Notes: generated by a model from the sequence alone, not told the origin. Positions 1 to 15,350 are shown, counted from the first letter of the stretch. The stretch: DNA of 64,000 nucleotides from Macrostomum lignano (GCA_002269645.1 NIVC01000263.1:186001-250000); one strand, 5' to 3'. Numbers and translations: made by a program.

Positions 1-26
1 TGTCTGTCTGTCTGTCTGTCTGTCTA

Positions 27-72
<46 letters not shown>
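1..72. repeat. (TGTC)n microsatellite (truncated by window edge)
   Basis: Direct reading. Confidence 0.95.
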
Positions 73-73
<1 letters not shown>

Positions 74-559
74 CCCTCCCGGTCACCTCATCCTATTTGC
101 ACCCCTGAACTGCTGTATATTTCCCCTTGACCCCACCTGTCGCTATCGTCAGCTGCCGACTGCTGCCGTCAGCTATCGAATGCAGTCTTTGATCGGGTCC
201 ACATTAAGCCGGGGGTGGCGGAGCTGAACTGCCGGCCAAGCAAATAAGCTTGGGAGAATTCAATGGGATGTGACGCGTTTTATCCCGCGGATATATCCTC
301 AGCTCCTTTGTTCTCGATCAGTTTTTGTGTGTCTTTAGCCAAAGCCTGGCCAAGCTTAGTCTAGCAAGACAAATCCCAGCCTCGAATCTCCACAAAAATT
401 CTATTGGACAGATGCTGAACACCCTTCACCCTTTGGTTATTTTTAGTTCCCATAGCTTGGCATGGAAACGGATGTTTATTGAAATGGAGGATTTGGGCCA
501 ACAGACCAAGTCGTGGAAATTTTACTGGCCTTTGTGACTGCTTCATATAGGATAAATGA

Positions 560-1155
560 GAGCGGAGTGGGAGATGGAGAGGTGAAGGAGGAGAGGTGCA
601 AGGGGGGTCGTGAGAAGAAGAGGTGAAGGCGAGGGGTGGGAGAAGGGGAGGTGCGAGAGGGGGCGGGAGAAGGAGTGCGAGAGGGGGCGTGAGAAGTAGA
701 GGTGAAGGAGAGGGGTGGGAGAAGGGGAGGTGCGAGAGGGGGCGGGAGAAGGAGTGTGAGAGGGGGCGTGAGAAGGAGAGGTGAAGGAGAGGGGTGGGAG
801 AAGGGGAGGTGCAAGAGGGGGCGGGAGAAGGAGTGCGAGAGGGGGCGTGAGAAGTAGAGGTGAAGGAGAGGGGTGGGAGAAGGGGAGGTGCGAGAGGGGG
901 CGTGAGAAGTAGAGGTGAAGGAGAGGGGTGGGAGAAGGGGAGGTGCAAGAGGGGGCGTGAGTAGGAGTGCGAGAGGGGGCGTGAGAAGGAGACGTGAAGG
1001 AGAGGAGGCGTGAGAAGGAGAGGTGAAGGAGAGAGGTGGGAGAAGGGGAGGTGCAAGAGGGGGCGGGAGAAGGAGTGCGAAAGGGGCGTGAGTAGGAGTG
1101 CGAGAGGGGGCGTGAGAAGGAGAGGTGAAGGAGAGGGGGCGGGAGAAGGGGAGGT
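560..1155. repeat. Purine-rich minisatellite, ~50-bp unit
   Basis: Recurring GAGAAGGAGAGGTGAAGGAGAGGGGTGGGAGAAGGGGAGGTGCGAGAGGGGGC. Confidence 0.9.
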
Positions 1156-2269
1156 GCAGGAGGTTGATTAGATAAGAGCTAATGATGCGAGAGGTCGATC
1201 TCAAAGCACAATACAACTTTTTTGCTTAAATCTATTTCTTTATCATTAACCTACCTGTCCCAAGCCACCTGCCTCCCCCAAATTAAGCTGCATTTTGTCT
1301 GACGGAGAGGATTTCGCCAGCAACCCTCTCTGCAGCTGGAGAGGATTTGAGTTCGAGCAAAATAACCAGATTATCTTGCCCCCGCCAGTCTCCGATCCGA
1401 ACGAGGGTGGGGGGAGGAGCAGCCGCCCTTCCAGCCGCTTCTCTCTGCCGACAGCACTTAGCCAGCAAATCTTGCTTTTTCAAAGAAGGGCGGAGAAAGA
1501 AGAAGAAGAAAACGAAAAAGAAGCTGAATAAACGCCTTTTTAGCGTCTTCTTGTTTCTCTTCTAGGAGACACGGTCCAGGGCAAGTGGGGGATATGTGTG
1601 TGTGTGGAGAAAGAAGGTCTGGGAGAATCTAGGGGGGGGGGGATTTACGCCCTTTCAGTTATCCCAGTGTTCGCCCAGTGCTGATAGGGTTGCATAATCG
1701 CTGATTAGTGAGGGGAGGGGGTCACTGGCCGATGCCCCCCCCTGTCTCTATCCGCAAAGCCGAGCCCTCGGGGCCGCTTTAATGGACGGCCGGGTCCCGA
1801 GAATCGGCGCTGTTGGTTAAAGCGGCTGGCCGAAGGCCAGATCTGCAGGCCGTGGGGATGAGGAAGCAAAAATGGCTACTGAGATTTCCGCTGGCACGTC
1901 CGACAGAAAGGAAAGTGAAATTCCCCCCCCCCAGAGCCGGCCAGGGAATAATCTGGGATTTCCCGCTGTTTGGCAAAACAGGACCGCCCGCTGGGAGGAC
2001 CCCAAATCGAACTGTTTGATCAAAATATCCCCAATCCGAACCTCTTCCGGTCCCACCCTGGCAACAAAGAGGCAGTTTCCACCAGCTTCCAACCAATCAA
2101 TGGAAAACAAAAAAAACAAAAAGAAAAAGTTTCACAGGCTGTGTCTGGAGTGTTCTTATTGAATCCCGATTGACTCATTTTTGTTGGGATCTGGGGAGAC
2201 CCATTGTTGTCAATTCCAGGAAAACGGAGAACTCGCTGGGAGTGACGATTAGAGAAATAGTGGGACCAC

Positions 2270-2872
2270 GATGGGATCATTCACATGGGATCATTCACAA
2301 GGGATCATTCACATGGGATCATTTACATGGGATCATTTACATGGGATCATTCACATAGGATCATTCACATGGGACCATTCACATGGGATCATTCACATGG
2401 GATCATTCACATGGGATCATTCACATAGGATCATTCGCATATGGGATCATTCACATGGGATCATTCACATGGGATCGTTCACATATGGGATCATTCACAC
2501 ATGGGATCATTCACATGGGATCATTCACATGGGATCATTCACATAGGATCATTCACAGGGGATCATTCACATGGGATCATTCACAAGGGATCATTCACAT
2601 GGGATCATTTACATGGGATCATTTACATGGGATCATTCACATAGGATCATTCACATGGGACCATTCACATGGGATCATTCACATGGGATCATTCACATGG
2701 GATCATTCACATGGGATCGTTCACATATGGGATCATTCACACATGGGATCATTCACATGGGATCATTCACATGTGATCATTCACATAGGATCATTCACAG
2801 GGGATCATTCACAGGGGATCATTCACATATGGGATCATTCACACATGGGATCATTCCCATGGAGTCATTCAG
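2270..2872. repeat. 14-bp minisatellite ATGGGATCATTCAC
   Basis: ~42 copies read directly. Confidence 0.95.
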
Positions 2873-4032
2873 TGGGATATTTTGAAGCCATAGATCTACA
2901 ATTTTCAGAACCAATTTACACACGAGTTGTAGAAATCCCAGGGGGGGGTCGTGACCCCCACCAAACTTGAATGGAACCGCCGGTCACGCAAAAGCAGTTT
3001 TGAATGACGGAATAAAGAGAGGAAGGAAGAGAGGCGAAAGGAAGAGAACAGAACAGAAAAACCAGGTGTTGTAGCGAAAGCAGCAGAGGCTGGAACACGA
3101 TAAAGTAGGTTGCAGAAAAGTGACAAGAAACATTCGTTCGTGGCAATTTTCTTATCGCATTTCCCGCTCCGGGCGAATCCGCTACGCTTCATCCTGCTGA
3201 GGTGGAGGCTGGACTGGTGCGTGCGAGCTCGGAGATCCGATTGCGTCATCGAGAAGTGGACCAACGCTAGCACGCGACTTGGTGGAGAGGGGAACCTGTT
3301 CTTAATGATAGGTGCTAGCGGTCAATCTGAGACCTGCTACTCTTCATTCTCAAATCAACTGCTATCCACTGCACTCGCTTCCTGTGGGATTTTTGAATGG
3401 GACAATTTCTTAATCTGATGCACGGATTTTAATTGTGGATATTTTATCGATGTGAGTAATTTTCCCTGACGATGATGGAGAGAAAGCGATTGTGGTTGAG
3501 ATTAGCAATTCATTGTGCATCCTAATCCGTGTTGGCTAGATTAGCAATCCATTATATTCCTTCATCAATGATGAAGGCTAGATTAGCAATCCTTTCTATT
3601 CCTTCATCAGTGATGTTGGCTAGACTAGCAATCCACTCGTCCCTTCCACAGACCCGCCTACTACACACCAAACCATCAGCCAGGATGCGCCAAGTTCCCA
3701 CGAAAAGGGGATCATTCCAAGAATCAGGAGCAGAAGAAGAAGATAAAAAACTAATAATTTGCCTGCCTCCCAAGAGACTGGCTCTGGCGGTTGATAAGCT
3801 AAAACTTTCCGCAAGTTTAGTTGGCACACAGATAAGTCTGTATGACGCAATGCCAGTTATAACTTCGCTATCACAGTAAAACAGAATCTCATAGGCCTCA
3901 TTAAGGCAATACTGTGTGTTACGCACTGGATGTTATTGAATACAGAATTCCCACGTGCCCATAGAGATGTTCAGGATGCCAGTTGGTTAGTAGATAAGCT
4001 TATAAGATAAACACGGCATTGTTTTAACCCGC

Positions 4033-4105
4033 TGCGATGTAGCTCGGTGGCCTATCGCGTTCCTCCCCGCTCTCGTGCGAAAGGTCCGAGGTTCGATTTC
4101 TTACT
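4033..4105 (+). mobile_element. Degenerate tRNA-like head (SINE fragment or tRNA pseudogene)
   Basis: A-box-like TAGCTCGGTGG at ~4040 and B-box-like GGTTCGATTTC at ~4090. No intact cloverleaf. Confidence 0.35.
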
Positions 4106-4144
4106 TGAGACATTAAATAGAGGCAAGGAGAGAAGGAAGAGGAA

Positions 4145-4437
4145 GACGGAGACGGAGACACTGAGAGAGGAAAGGGAGAGGGAGACAGAGATGGAGACAC
4201 TGAGAGAGGCAAGGGAGAGGGAGACGGAGATGGAGACACTGAGAGAGGCAAGGGAGAGGGAGACGGAGATGGAGACACTGAGAGAGGCAAGGGAGAGGGA
4301 GACGGAGATGGAGACACTGAGAGAGGCAAGGGAGAGGGAGACTGAGATGGAGACACTGAGAGAGGTAAGGGAGAGGGAGACGGAGACGGAGACACTGAGA
4401 GAGGCAAGGGAGAGGGAGACTGAGATGGAGACACTGA
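4145..4437. repeat. 39-bp minisatellite
   Basis: GAGACACTGAGAGAGGCAAGGGAGAGGGAGACGGAGATG, ~7.5 copies; translates as a 13-aa repeat. Confidence 0.9.
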
Positions 4438-4852
4438 TAGGCATCCATCACCCATTTCTCGGGCTATTACTTTTTTCCAACACGAGTCTAACGATTCGAT
4501 CCGAGGTCAAGGTCCACCGGAGTTCCTACTGGCCGAAATCGTTGGCGGTTTCTCGTTTTCGGGCAGCAACACTTTCGAGCTTTGAGGGTGAAAATAAAAT
4601 CAATCCCTAAACCGGACTCGTCAATGAGCTGAGACGGGGGCGGGCACGTGGGGTCAACAGCGCTGGATGGGATGAGGCAGCAGGGATCTCTTGACCAGTT
4701 CGAAACTCGGAGAACTCAATGAAATTCATCAAGGGGTCAAAGTTTGGATGGGGCGAAAGTGGGTGCCCGTTTGAGGAGCTGAAGTGGGTGAATAATTTAT
4801 TCTAGCAGAATCTGGGACTGTCAGGGAAAAGGCAGTTGAGGGATGAGACTGG

Positions 4853-6710
4853 CAGAGAGAGATGACAGACACTGACAGACAGAGATGACAGACACTGACA
4901 GACAGAGATGACAGACACTGACAGACAGAGATGACAGACACTGACAGACAGAGATGACAGACACAGACAGACAGAGATGACAGACACAGACAGACAGAGA
5001 TGACAGACACAGACAGACAGAGATGACAGACACAGACAGACAGAGATGACAGACACTGACAGACAGAGATGACAGACACTGACAGACAGAGATGACAGAC
5101 ACTGACAGACAGAGATGACAGACACAGACAGACAGAGATGACAGACACTGACAGACAGAGATGACAGACACAGACAGACAGAGATGACAGACACTGACAG
5201 ACAGAGATGACAGACACAGACAGACAGAGATGACAGACACTGACAGACAGAGATGACAGACACAGACAGACAGAGATGACAGACACTGACAGACAGAGAT
5301 GACAGACACTGACAGACAGAGATGACAGACACTGACAGACAGAGATGACAGACACTGACAGACAGAGATGACAGACACAGACAGACAGAGATGACAGACA
5401 CAGACAGACAGAGATGACAGACACAGACAGACAGAGATGACAGACACTGACAGACAGAGATGACAGACACTGACAGACAGAGATGACAGACACTGACAGA
5501 CAGAGATGACAGACACTGACAGACAGAGATGACAGACACAGACAGACAGAGATGACAGACACTGACAGACAGAGATGACAGACACAGACAGACAGAGATG
5601 ACAGACACTGACAGACAGAGATGACAGACACTGACAGACAGAGATGACAGACACAGACAGACAGAGATGACAGACACTGACAGACAGAGATGACAGACAC
5701 AGACAGACAGAGATGACAGACACTGACAGACAGAGATGACAGACACTGACAGACAGAGATGACAGACACAGACAGACAGAGATGACAGACACTGACAGAC
5801 AGAGATGACAGACACAGACAGACAGAGATGACAGACACTGACAGACAGAGATGACAGACACTGACAGACAGAGATGACAGACACAGACAGACAGAGATGA
5901 CAGACACTGACAGACAGAGATGACAGACACAGACAGAGATTACAGACACGGACAGACAGACAGAGATGACAGACACAGACAGACAGACAGAGATGACAGA
6001 CACAGACAGACAGAGATGACAGATACTGACAGACAGAGATGACAGACACTGACAGACAGAGATGACAGACACAGACAGACAGACAGAGATGACAGACACA
6101 GACAGACAGAGATGACAGACACAGACAGACAGACAGAGATGACAGACACAGACAGACAGAGATGACAGACACAGACAGACAGACAGAGATGACAGACACA
6201 GACAGACAGACAGAGATGACAGACACAGACAGACAGAGATGACAGACACTGACAGACAGTGATGACAGACACAGACAGACAGAGATGACAGACACTGACA
6301 GACAGAGATGACAGACACTGACAGACAGAGATGACAGACACTGACAGACAGAGATGACAGACACAAGCACAGACAAAGATTACAGACACGGACAGAGATG
6401 ACAGACACAGACAGACAGAGATGACAGACACGGACAGACAGACAGAGATGACAGACACTGACAGACAGATATGACAGACACAGACAGACAGAGATGACAG
6501 ACACAAGCACAGACAAAGATTACAGACACGGACAGACAGACTGAGATGACAGACACAGACAGACAGAGATGACAGACACGGACAGACAGACTGAGATGAC
6601 AGACACAGACAGACAGAGATTACAGACACAGACAGACAGACAGTGATGACAGAGAGACAGAGAGACAGAGATGACAGACACAGACAGAGATTACAGACAC
6701 AAACAGACAG
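4853..6710. repeat. 23-bp GACA-derived minisatellite
   Basis: GATGACAGACAC(T/A)GACAGACAGA, about 80 copies. Confidence 0.95.
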
Positions 6711-7329
6711 ATGACGGACACAGAGGGACAGAGACAGGATGGGCAGAAGTCACCCCATTACGCAGGCGGCAATATTCCTTGCCCCAGCTGACTATCAAAG
6801 CATCTTATCGATTGAATGAAGACAGCAGAAGACAGCAGAAGACAGCAGAAGACAGCAGAAGACAGGCAGACAGTCAGAGATTCGGTTCGGTGGGGGCGGA
6901 GTCGATAAGAACAGAGAGAGAGATGCCGCCATTTGATTTGAAACTTCTTAATAAAAATCCCAGCAACAGCGACAGGCGGACGTTGTGTGGGATCCGGGAT
7001 GGAGGTGGTGGCTAATAACCTTCAGCGCGGGGTGGAAGTTTCGGTCACAGTTATAGCCGGCTTGGCAGTAAATAAAGCACCGCTTATCAGGGTTGAAGCA
7101 TCTCTGATCTTCCCGCTCTCTTCCCAGAAGTCTTCTATCTTTCTATATTCCCATTTCTATGGATACTGTATATACATATATATATGTCAGAGGGTGGGAC
7201 AGTTATGCAATCAGCGCTGCTGCAACAGGGGACAGAGCCAAGGATTCACAATGGGGATTGATTCGATTTGTGTGCGCGTGCGTGCGTGTGTTGGGAATTT
7301 TCTTAGAATGCTTCCTTAAGTAAAATCGG

Positions 7330-7980
7330 GAGAGGGAAATTGAGATAGGGATATTGGGAGAGGAAGATTGGGAGAGGGAGACTGGGAGAGGGAGACTGGG
7401 AGAGGAAGATTGGGAGGGGGAGATTGGGAGAGGGAGATTGGCAGAGGGAGATTGGGAGAGGGAGATTGGGAGAGGGAGACTGGGAGAGGAAGATTGGGAG
7501 GGGGAGATTGGGAGAGGGAGAATGGGAGAGGGAGAATGGGAGAGGGAGATTAGGAGAGGGAGAATGGGAGAGGGAAAATGGGAGAGGGAGATTGGGAGAG
7601 GGAGATTAGGAGAGGGAGAATGGGAGAGGGAAAATGGGAGAGGGAGATTGGGAGAGGGAGATTGGCAGAGGGAGATTGGGAGAGGGAGATTGGGAGAGGG
7701 AGAATGGGAGAGGGAGAATGGGAGAGGGAGAATGGGAGAGGGAGATTAGGAGAGGGAGATTGGGAGAGGGAGATTGGGAGAGGGAGAATGGGAGAGGGAG
7801 AATGGGAGAGGGAGAATGGGAGAGGGAGATTAGGAGAGGGAGAATGGGAGAGGGAAAATGGGAGAGGGAGATTGGGAGAGGGAGATTGGCAGAGGGAGAT
7901 TGGGAGAGGGAGATTGGGAGAGGGAGACTGGGAGAGGGAGATTAGGAGAGGGAGAATGGGAGAGGGAGAATGGGAGAGGG
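7330..7980. repeat. 14-bp G/A-rich minisatellite GGGAGAGGGAGA(T/A)T
   Basis: Direct reading. Confidence 0.95.
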
Positions 7981-8439
7981 ATATTCGGAAAGGGAGAATG
8001 GGAGATCGACAGGGAGATTGGAGCGGAGAGGAAAACGGCGAGAACAGAGGCTGGGAGAAATAAGAGAGGGAGCCAGGATCAACAGAGAACTGCGGCATCC
8101 TGCTTCTCCCAGTGGTCAATGATGCGGCAAGCTTTCGAGTGCAAGTATTTCTAGCAAATTTCAAACTAACTCGTTAGCAAAATTCCCAAAATTTTATTTA
8201 AGTTCTAAGGAATTTTGTAACTCTTTCAACAGGTTACCCAAAATTTTTTCACAGCAGAGTTTTTCAATGAACTTGACGGGTAAAACTTAGTCGATTTGCG
8301 ATGAAAATCTTTTCTTAGAATGGTCAGTATTGGCTACTTAAAGTAGATGAATAGGAAAGTTGCTACTGAAATTGGTTTAGGGCACTTGAAGCAGCAGGTG
8401 TGATTGATTGATGTGTTCGATGATTTCAGAAAATCATAA

Positions 8440-9275
8440 CTGAGTTTATGAGTTTGAGTTCATAAGTGAGCTCATGAATTTATGGATGAGTTCAGGAGTT
8501 TATGAGTGAGTTCATGAGTTTATGGGAGAGCTCATGAGTTTATAGGTGAGTTCAGGAGTTTATGAGTGAGTTCATGAGTTTATGGGAGAGCTCATGAGTT
8601 TATGGATGAGTTCAGGAGTTTATGAGTGAGTTCATGAGTTTATGGGAGAGCTCATGAGTTTATGGGTGAGTTCAGGAGTTTATGAGTGAGTTCATGAGTT
8701 TATGGGAGAGCTCATGAGTTTATGGATGAGTTCAGGAGTTTATGAGTGAGTTCATGAGTTTATGGGAGAGCTCATGAGTTTATGGATGAGTTCAGGAGTT
8801 TATGAGTGAGTTCATGAGTTTATGGGAGAGCTCATGAGTTTATGGGTGAGTTCAGGAGTTTATGAGTGAGTTCATGAGTTTATGGGAGAGCTCATGAGTT
8901 TATGGATGAGTTCAGGAGTTTATGAGTGAGTTCATGAGTTTATGGGAGAGCTCATGAGTTTATGGATGAGTTCAGGAGTTTATGAGTGAGTTCATGAGTT
9001 TATGAGTGAGTTCATGAGTTTATGGGTGAGTTAATGAGTTTATTTATCAGTTAGTTAATTAGTTTATGAGTGAGTTCACAAGTTAATGAGAGATTTCATG
9101 AGTTTTTGTGTGAGCTCATGACTTTATGGATGAGTTCAGGAGTTTATGAGTGAGTTCATGAGTTTATGAGTTTATGAGTAAGTAGTTTATGAGTTTATGA
9201 GTGAGTAGTTCATGAGTTTATGAGTGATTTCATGAGTTTATGAGTTCATGGTTCATTTTATCCTTTCATGAGTTC
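8440..9275. repeat. 20-bp monomer organised as a 60-bp higher-order repeat, with degenerate flanks
   Basis: The 60-nt rows from 8521 to 9000 are near identical and each contains three ATGAGTT-based 20-mers. Confidence 0.9.
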
Positions 9276-10039
9276 ATGAGCGAGATCGTGAGATCAAGAA
9301 CATATGTGAGTGATATGTGAGTGATATATAGCGTGAGAGAATTGAATAAATTCGTATTAAAAATACGGAAATTCTACTACAAGTAGCTTGAAACGGTAAA
9401 TTCAGTATGAGCCAACCCCTGCTCATACTGACCCGCGGACTGACTCTGCATTTTCTTTCCAATAAAACTGAAACAACAATATGCATGTAGAGGAGCGGGA
9501 CACGCCCTCAGTTGCTAAGGAGGGAGCTGAGCATGTCTTACTCTGCTCGAGCTCGGTCTGAGTGCTTCCGGATCGGCCGAGAAACAGTTAGAAACGAGGC
9601 GCTGCATCGCACCTGGGCAGCATCATAATTGCCCCATTGCGCTGCTCAAAAGACGAACAGCAGCTCAATTTTCGCGCAATCAGTCGGCTCAGTAATTATT
9701 GCCAGGGGCTTTGCTTTTTCTGTCTTCCTTCCTTTTCGTTTTCCCAGAAGCTAACCGGCTCAGTTGTGTTTGACTGCCTCCTCCTGTAATTCTGTAAACC
9801 TGCTGCTCCGCAATCAGAGAGAGAGGGGGGGACCGGCAGTGAGACAAAGGAGATAATTAATAGCGGCAATCTTGGGGAAGGGATAATTGTCACCAGAACT
9901 CAGGTGGGAACAGATTGACCACAGAGTTGGCTGCAGATGGGCTGGGGCAGAAAGAGGCTGCTCTGAGGTTTCTCGGGAAATATTCGGCTTTGATTCCACA
10001 TATTGTGCTCATGCAGTTGGCACTGGTCATACAATGACC

Positions 10040-11180
10040 ATAAAATGGCCATATACTGACTAACTATCATGACTAAACAATGACCAACTATCATGACTCA
10101 ACAGTGACCAACTATCATGACTAGACAATGACCAACTACGAGCTATCATGACTAGGCAATGACCAACTATCACGACTAGGCAATGACCAACTATCACGAC
10201 TAGACAATGACCAACTATCATGACTAGGCAATGACCAACTATCACGACTAGGCAATGACCAACTATCACGACTAGGCAATGACCAACTATCACGACTAGG
10301 CAATGACCAACTATCATGACTAGGCAATGACCAACTAGCACGACTAGGCAATGACCAACTATCACGACTAGACAATGACCAACTATCATGACTAGACAAT
10401 GACCAACTATCATGACTCGACAATGACCAACTATCATGACTAAACAATGACCAACTACGAGTATCATGACTAGACAATGACCAACTATCATGACTAGAAA
10501 ATGACCAACTATCATGACTAGACAATGACCAACTATCATGACTAGACAATGACCAACTATCATGACTAGACAATGACCAACTATCACGACTAGGCAATGA
10601 CCAACTATCATGACTAGACAATGACCAACTATCATGACTAGACAATGACCAACTATCATGACTAGAAAATGACCAACTATCATGACTAGACAATGACCAA
10701 CTATCATGACTAGAAAATGACCAACTATCATGACTAGACAATGACCAACTATCATGACTAGACAATGACCAACTATCATTACTAGACAATGACCAACTAT
10801 CATGACTAGACAATGACCAACTATCATGACTAGACAATGACCAACTATCATTACTCGACAATGACTAACTACGAGTATCATGACTAGACAATGACCAGCT
10901 ATCATGACTAGAAAATGACCAACTACGAGTATCTTGACTAGACAATGACCAACTATCCTGACTAGACAATGACCAACTATCCTGACTAGACAATGACCAA
11001 CTATCCTGACTAGACAATGACCAACTATCCTGACTAGACAATGACCAACTATCCTGACTAGACAATGACCAACTATCATGACTAGACAATGACCAACTAT
11101 CATGACTAAACAATGACCAACTATCATGACTAGACAATGACCAACTATTATGACTAGACAATGACCAACTATCATGACTA
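10040..11180. repeat. 24-bp minisatellite ATGACCAACTATCATGACTAGACA
   Basis: Direct reading; 8-aa periodic ORFs. Confidence 0.95.
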
Positions 11181-11934
11181 CGAGCTATAAACAATGACCA
11201 ACAAGCAAATGATTCTCTCCGTCGGAAATAGGATATTTGCACCCAAACGATACGGACAATACAAAGAGTGGAAAGAGGCTGATCATGACCACACGCACAA
11301 TCAATATGAAATCCTACTCTTGTATAAAGCTATGAGTCTATCATTGGCTAAGCCTAACAAACAGTAAATTCCGTTTCTTTGCTTCATAATGCACGTCTCC
11401 AGTTGCCCCAGCGCTCCCCCCCCGAATATTCCCAGAACGCTTCGTTGCAAGTCGAAACTCTACAACTGTTTCCCAACCTCTTTGTGCTCAAAAACGAATA
11501 CATGCTCTGTATTGATCGGATTCACCTATTTCGGCTGCAGCGAGTCAGCAAGGTGGATAAAAGGTAGTGCAGCAGGAGTATAATAACACGGACACACCCA
11601 GTTGAGGGGATTTTTGTTTAGTCGTTCATGCGCTCAACTGGCTTTGGGATTCCTTTGCGCTCAAGCAATGAGAGAAAGGCTTCCCTTGATGCCGCTGAGA
11701 TGCTGAGTAATGACTGCAATATCGAATACACAGTGACTCCACCTTGTCACTGCTTATCACCGCTGACTAATTATCATAATGCATTTCTAGTGGGAGGCTT
11801 TCAAATTAAGACACAGCAGTTGCAAGTGAAAATCTGGACTAATTAGCAGATTAGCTGCGTTGCCCCGCGATTTCAACTCGCTCTAAGTGAGAGTGGCTGA
11901 TCTAAATTGAAGTAGTCCCGTTCTGATATGGTAG

Positions 11935-12797
11935 TACATTGGCTCACACTGCAGACTGAGTTGGCTCAGATGATGCAGACTCAGTTGGGTCACACTGATG
12001 CAGACTGAGTTGGCTCATACTGCAGACTGAGTTGGCTCACACTGCAGGCTGAGTTGGCTCACACTGCAGACTGAGTTGGCTCACACTGCAGACTGAGTTG
12101 GCTCACACTGCAGACTGAGTTGGCTCATACTGCAGGCTGAGTTGGCTCACACTGCAGACTGAGTTGGCTCATACTGCAGACTGAGTTGGGTCACACTGCA
12201 GGCTGAGTTGGGTCACACTGCAGGCTGAGTTGGCTCACACTGCAGACTGAGTTGGGTCACACTGGTGCAGACTGAGTTGGGTCACACTGGTGCAGGCTGA
12301 GTTGGGTCACACTGGTGCAGGCTGAGTTGGGTCACACTGGTGCAGACTGAGCTGGGTCACACTGGTGCAGGCTGAGTTGGGTCACACTGGTGCAGACTGA
12401 GTTGGGTCACACTGGTGCAGGCTGAGTTGGGTCACACTGATGCAGACTGAGTTGGGTCACACTGGTGCAGACTGAGTTGGGTCACACTGATGCAGACTGA
12501 GTTGGGTCACACTGGTGCAGACTGAGTTGGGTCACACTGGTGCAGACTGAGTTGGGTCACACTGGTGCAGACTGAGTTGGGTCACACTGATGCAGACTGA
12601 GTTGGGTCACACTGATGCAGACTGAGTTGGGTCACACTGGTGCAGACTGAGTTGGGTCACACTGGTGCAGACTGAGTTGGGTCACACTCATGCAGACTGA
12701 GTTGGGTCACACTGCAGACTGAGTTGGGTCACACTGGTGCAGACTGAGTTGGGTCACACTGGTGCAGACTGAGTTGGGTCACACTGATGCAGATTGA
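11935..12797. repeat. 22-25-bp minisatellite TGCAGACTGAGTTGG(G/C)TCACAC(TGG)
   Basis: Direct reading; unit length grades from left to right. Confidence 0.95.
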
Positions 12798-13156
12798 GAA
12801 GCACATCTATCTTCTCAGCTCTAAAACTGAAATCCCAAGACTGAAATCCCAGTTTTGATTTTACCTATTGGCTGCACAGTCACTCACTTGTGTAGAATAT
12901 ATACTCCCTATGATTCCACAGCATAGGCATTCACCGATCGCTGATGCTTGATTAAACAATGAATACCCAGTAAGGCCGAGGAGAAGCGGCGCGATTCTGG
13001 CAATTGGAAAACTGCTGATTGACTGCCACTTAATTGAGGATGACTATTTTAGGTAGATGAAGCAGGAGGCTGGGATCTGACTAATGGTGTCTGGGGTATT
13101 TTTAGGGACTGCAGTCCTGACGAAACTAAATGCCATTGAGTGGGGAAATTATCCAT

Positions 13157-13876
<720 letters not shown>

Positions 13877-15094
13877 CACATTGGGCTGAAAGCATTTCAA
13901 GTCATTCCTATTGAATTCGGGCCGAGAATTGATGCGTAAAAACGAATCATTGTCTGCTTCTCTCCTCAGCGTACCTTTGTTTTACTTATCAGGCAAATGG
14001 TTTTGGAAGCTATGAAAATGAAATATGTGCATTGTGAGCAGGCTCAATTGTTTATTGTTATGAGCAGTTAACCTGAGCAGGTTGCGGGGCGATTAGATCT
14101 CTTGTGAGTCCTGTTTCCATTTTGCAATGCATAGTAACTAATTATAATTCTCAGCGAGGGTTATCCTTATCCCGAAATGTGAGTTCAACGCCTTGGCTTA
14201 TAATTCTTGCTTCTTTAAGCGTGAAAAATTAAGAAAATTTGCTCAAGAAATGACAGGATTACGCGCGTAGGTAGGTGTTTCTGGCTGAGCACATGACATT
14301 CGAAATCCAGGGTGCTCCGGTATTTCTATGCTTTTCGTTTTCAATCTTTGGCGCATCTCCCAGTCCTGTTCGGTGTGAGTTTTGCTAACAGCGGAAAATC
14401 TGTCAAATACAAGCTGATGCTGCGCTTTCAGAGGGATGAGGCGCAACTCAGTCAGCTCGACTCTACTCTGTTAGGCCGATTGCGGGGAAGTCGCGCTCAG
14501 CAGGATGAAGGAAATTGGCAATGGGAGAGGCTGGAAAGACAGCTAGTAAAGCCCTCCTCCATCCGTGCTGCTGAGTTCACGTTGGCTAGCATTGCTGCTC
14601 CCTCACCCCGCTGCACTGATTTGCGTATAAAACAGACAGCTCACCTGCCACCGCTCTCCCTCCCTGCTCTCCTCTCTTCCTCACCGACTCTCTTCAGCTC
14701 TCTGCTTTGAGCTTGATTAATTTGTCAGTAATCTGTTTGCCCTGACACTTCAGACAATAATTGTATCTTCAAAGAACAAAAAAACTGGGTAAGATTGAAT
14801 CGCAAAAAAGAATATTGTATTATCCATGATTTATCAATTTACAAAGGCCGACTAACACGCTATTGGTCAACTGCTTAGCTGAGTGCTTGCTTGCAAGCTA
14901 AATTAAATTTTTTCAATGAAATATTTAGCTAATTATAAAGCCAGCCAGCAGTTGCACCACTAGTGCAAGAGTCGCTGCGAGCCGTAAGCAGCTGAGAACC
15001 GCCCAATCCTCTCCACTCTCCTAATGAGCTAATAAATTTTCTGTGTGATTTCCAGCGCCGTTTAAGTCACGCGTTAGCGCTTGCGGGTTTCGTA

Positions 15095-15350
15095 CGGTTT
15101 GATTTCTAGGGTCATAAAAAGTCAAGTATTTGAGGTGGGGGGTTTCTCCAGTTTGATTTCTAGGGTCATAAAAAGTCAAGTATTTCCATGGGGTGGTGGT
15201 GGGGTTCCTCCAGTTTGATTTCTAGGGTCATAAAAGCCAAGTATTTGGGGTGGTGGAGTTTCTCCAGTTTGATTTCTAGGGTCATACATGTAAAAGTCAA
15301 GCATTTAGGGCGGTTGGGGTTTCTCCGCGGTTTGATTTTTAAGGTTATAA
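15095..15350. repeat. ~50-bp tandem repeat, 4-5 copies
   Basis: Recurring GTTTGATTTCTAGGGTCATAAAAAGTCAAGTATTT...GGGG.TTCTCCA. Confidence 0.8.

Noticed and set aside
1263-1531. Exon-like GC-balanced segment with nearby splice-like sites
   Set aside because: No frame gave a recognisable protein motif and no partner exon could be identified.
1905-1965. IRF-like GAAAGTGAAA next to NF-kB-like GAAATTCCCC and GGGATTTCCC
   Set aside because: Short motifs expected by chance in 64 kb; no target gene nearby, and no evidence these factors operate in this organism.
4033-4105. Functional tRNA gene
   Set aside because: A/B-box-like motifs are present but the acceptor and anticodon stems do not pair; kept only as a degenerate SINE-like head.
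4729-6629. Long Cys/Ser/Val-rich ORFs (595, 524, 369 aa) and similar periodic ORFs at 0.4-1.2, 2.3-2.9, 7.3-8.1, 10-11, 13, 22.5-24, 26.2-26.7, 33.6-35.7, 47.5-48.2, 51-52 and 55.4-55.9 kb
   Set aside because: They are translations of stop-free minisatellite units, open in several frames at once, and many lie inside introns.
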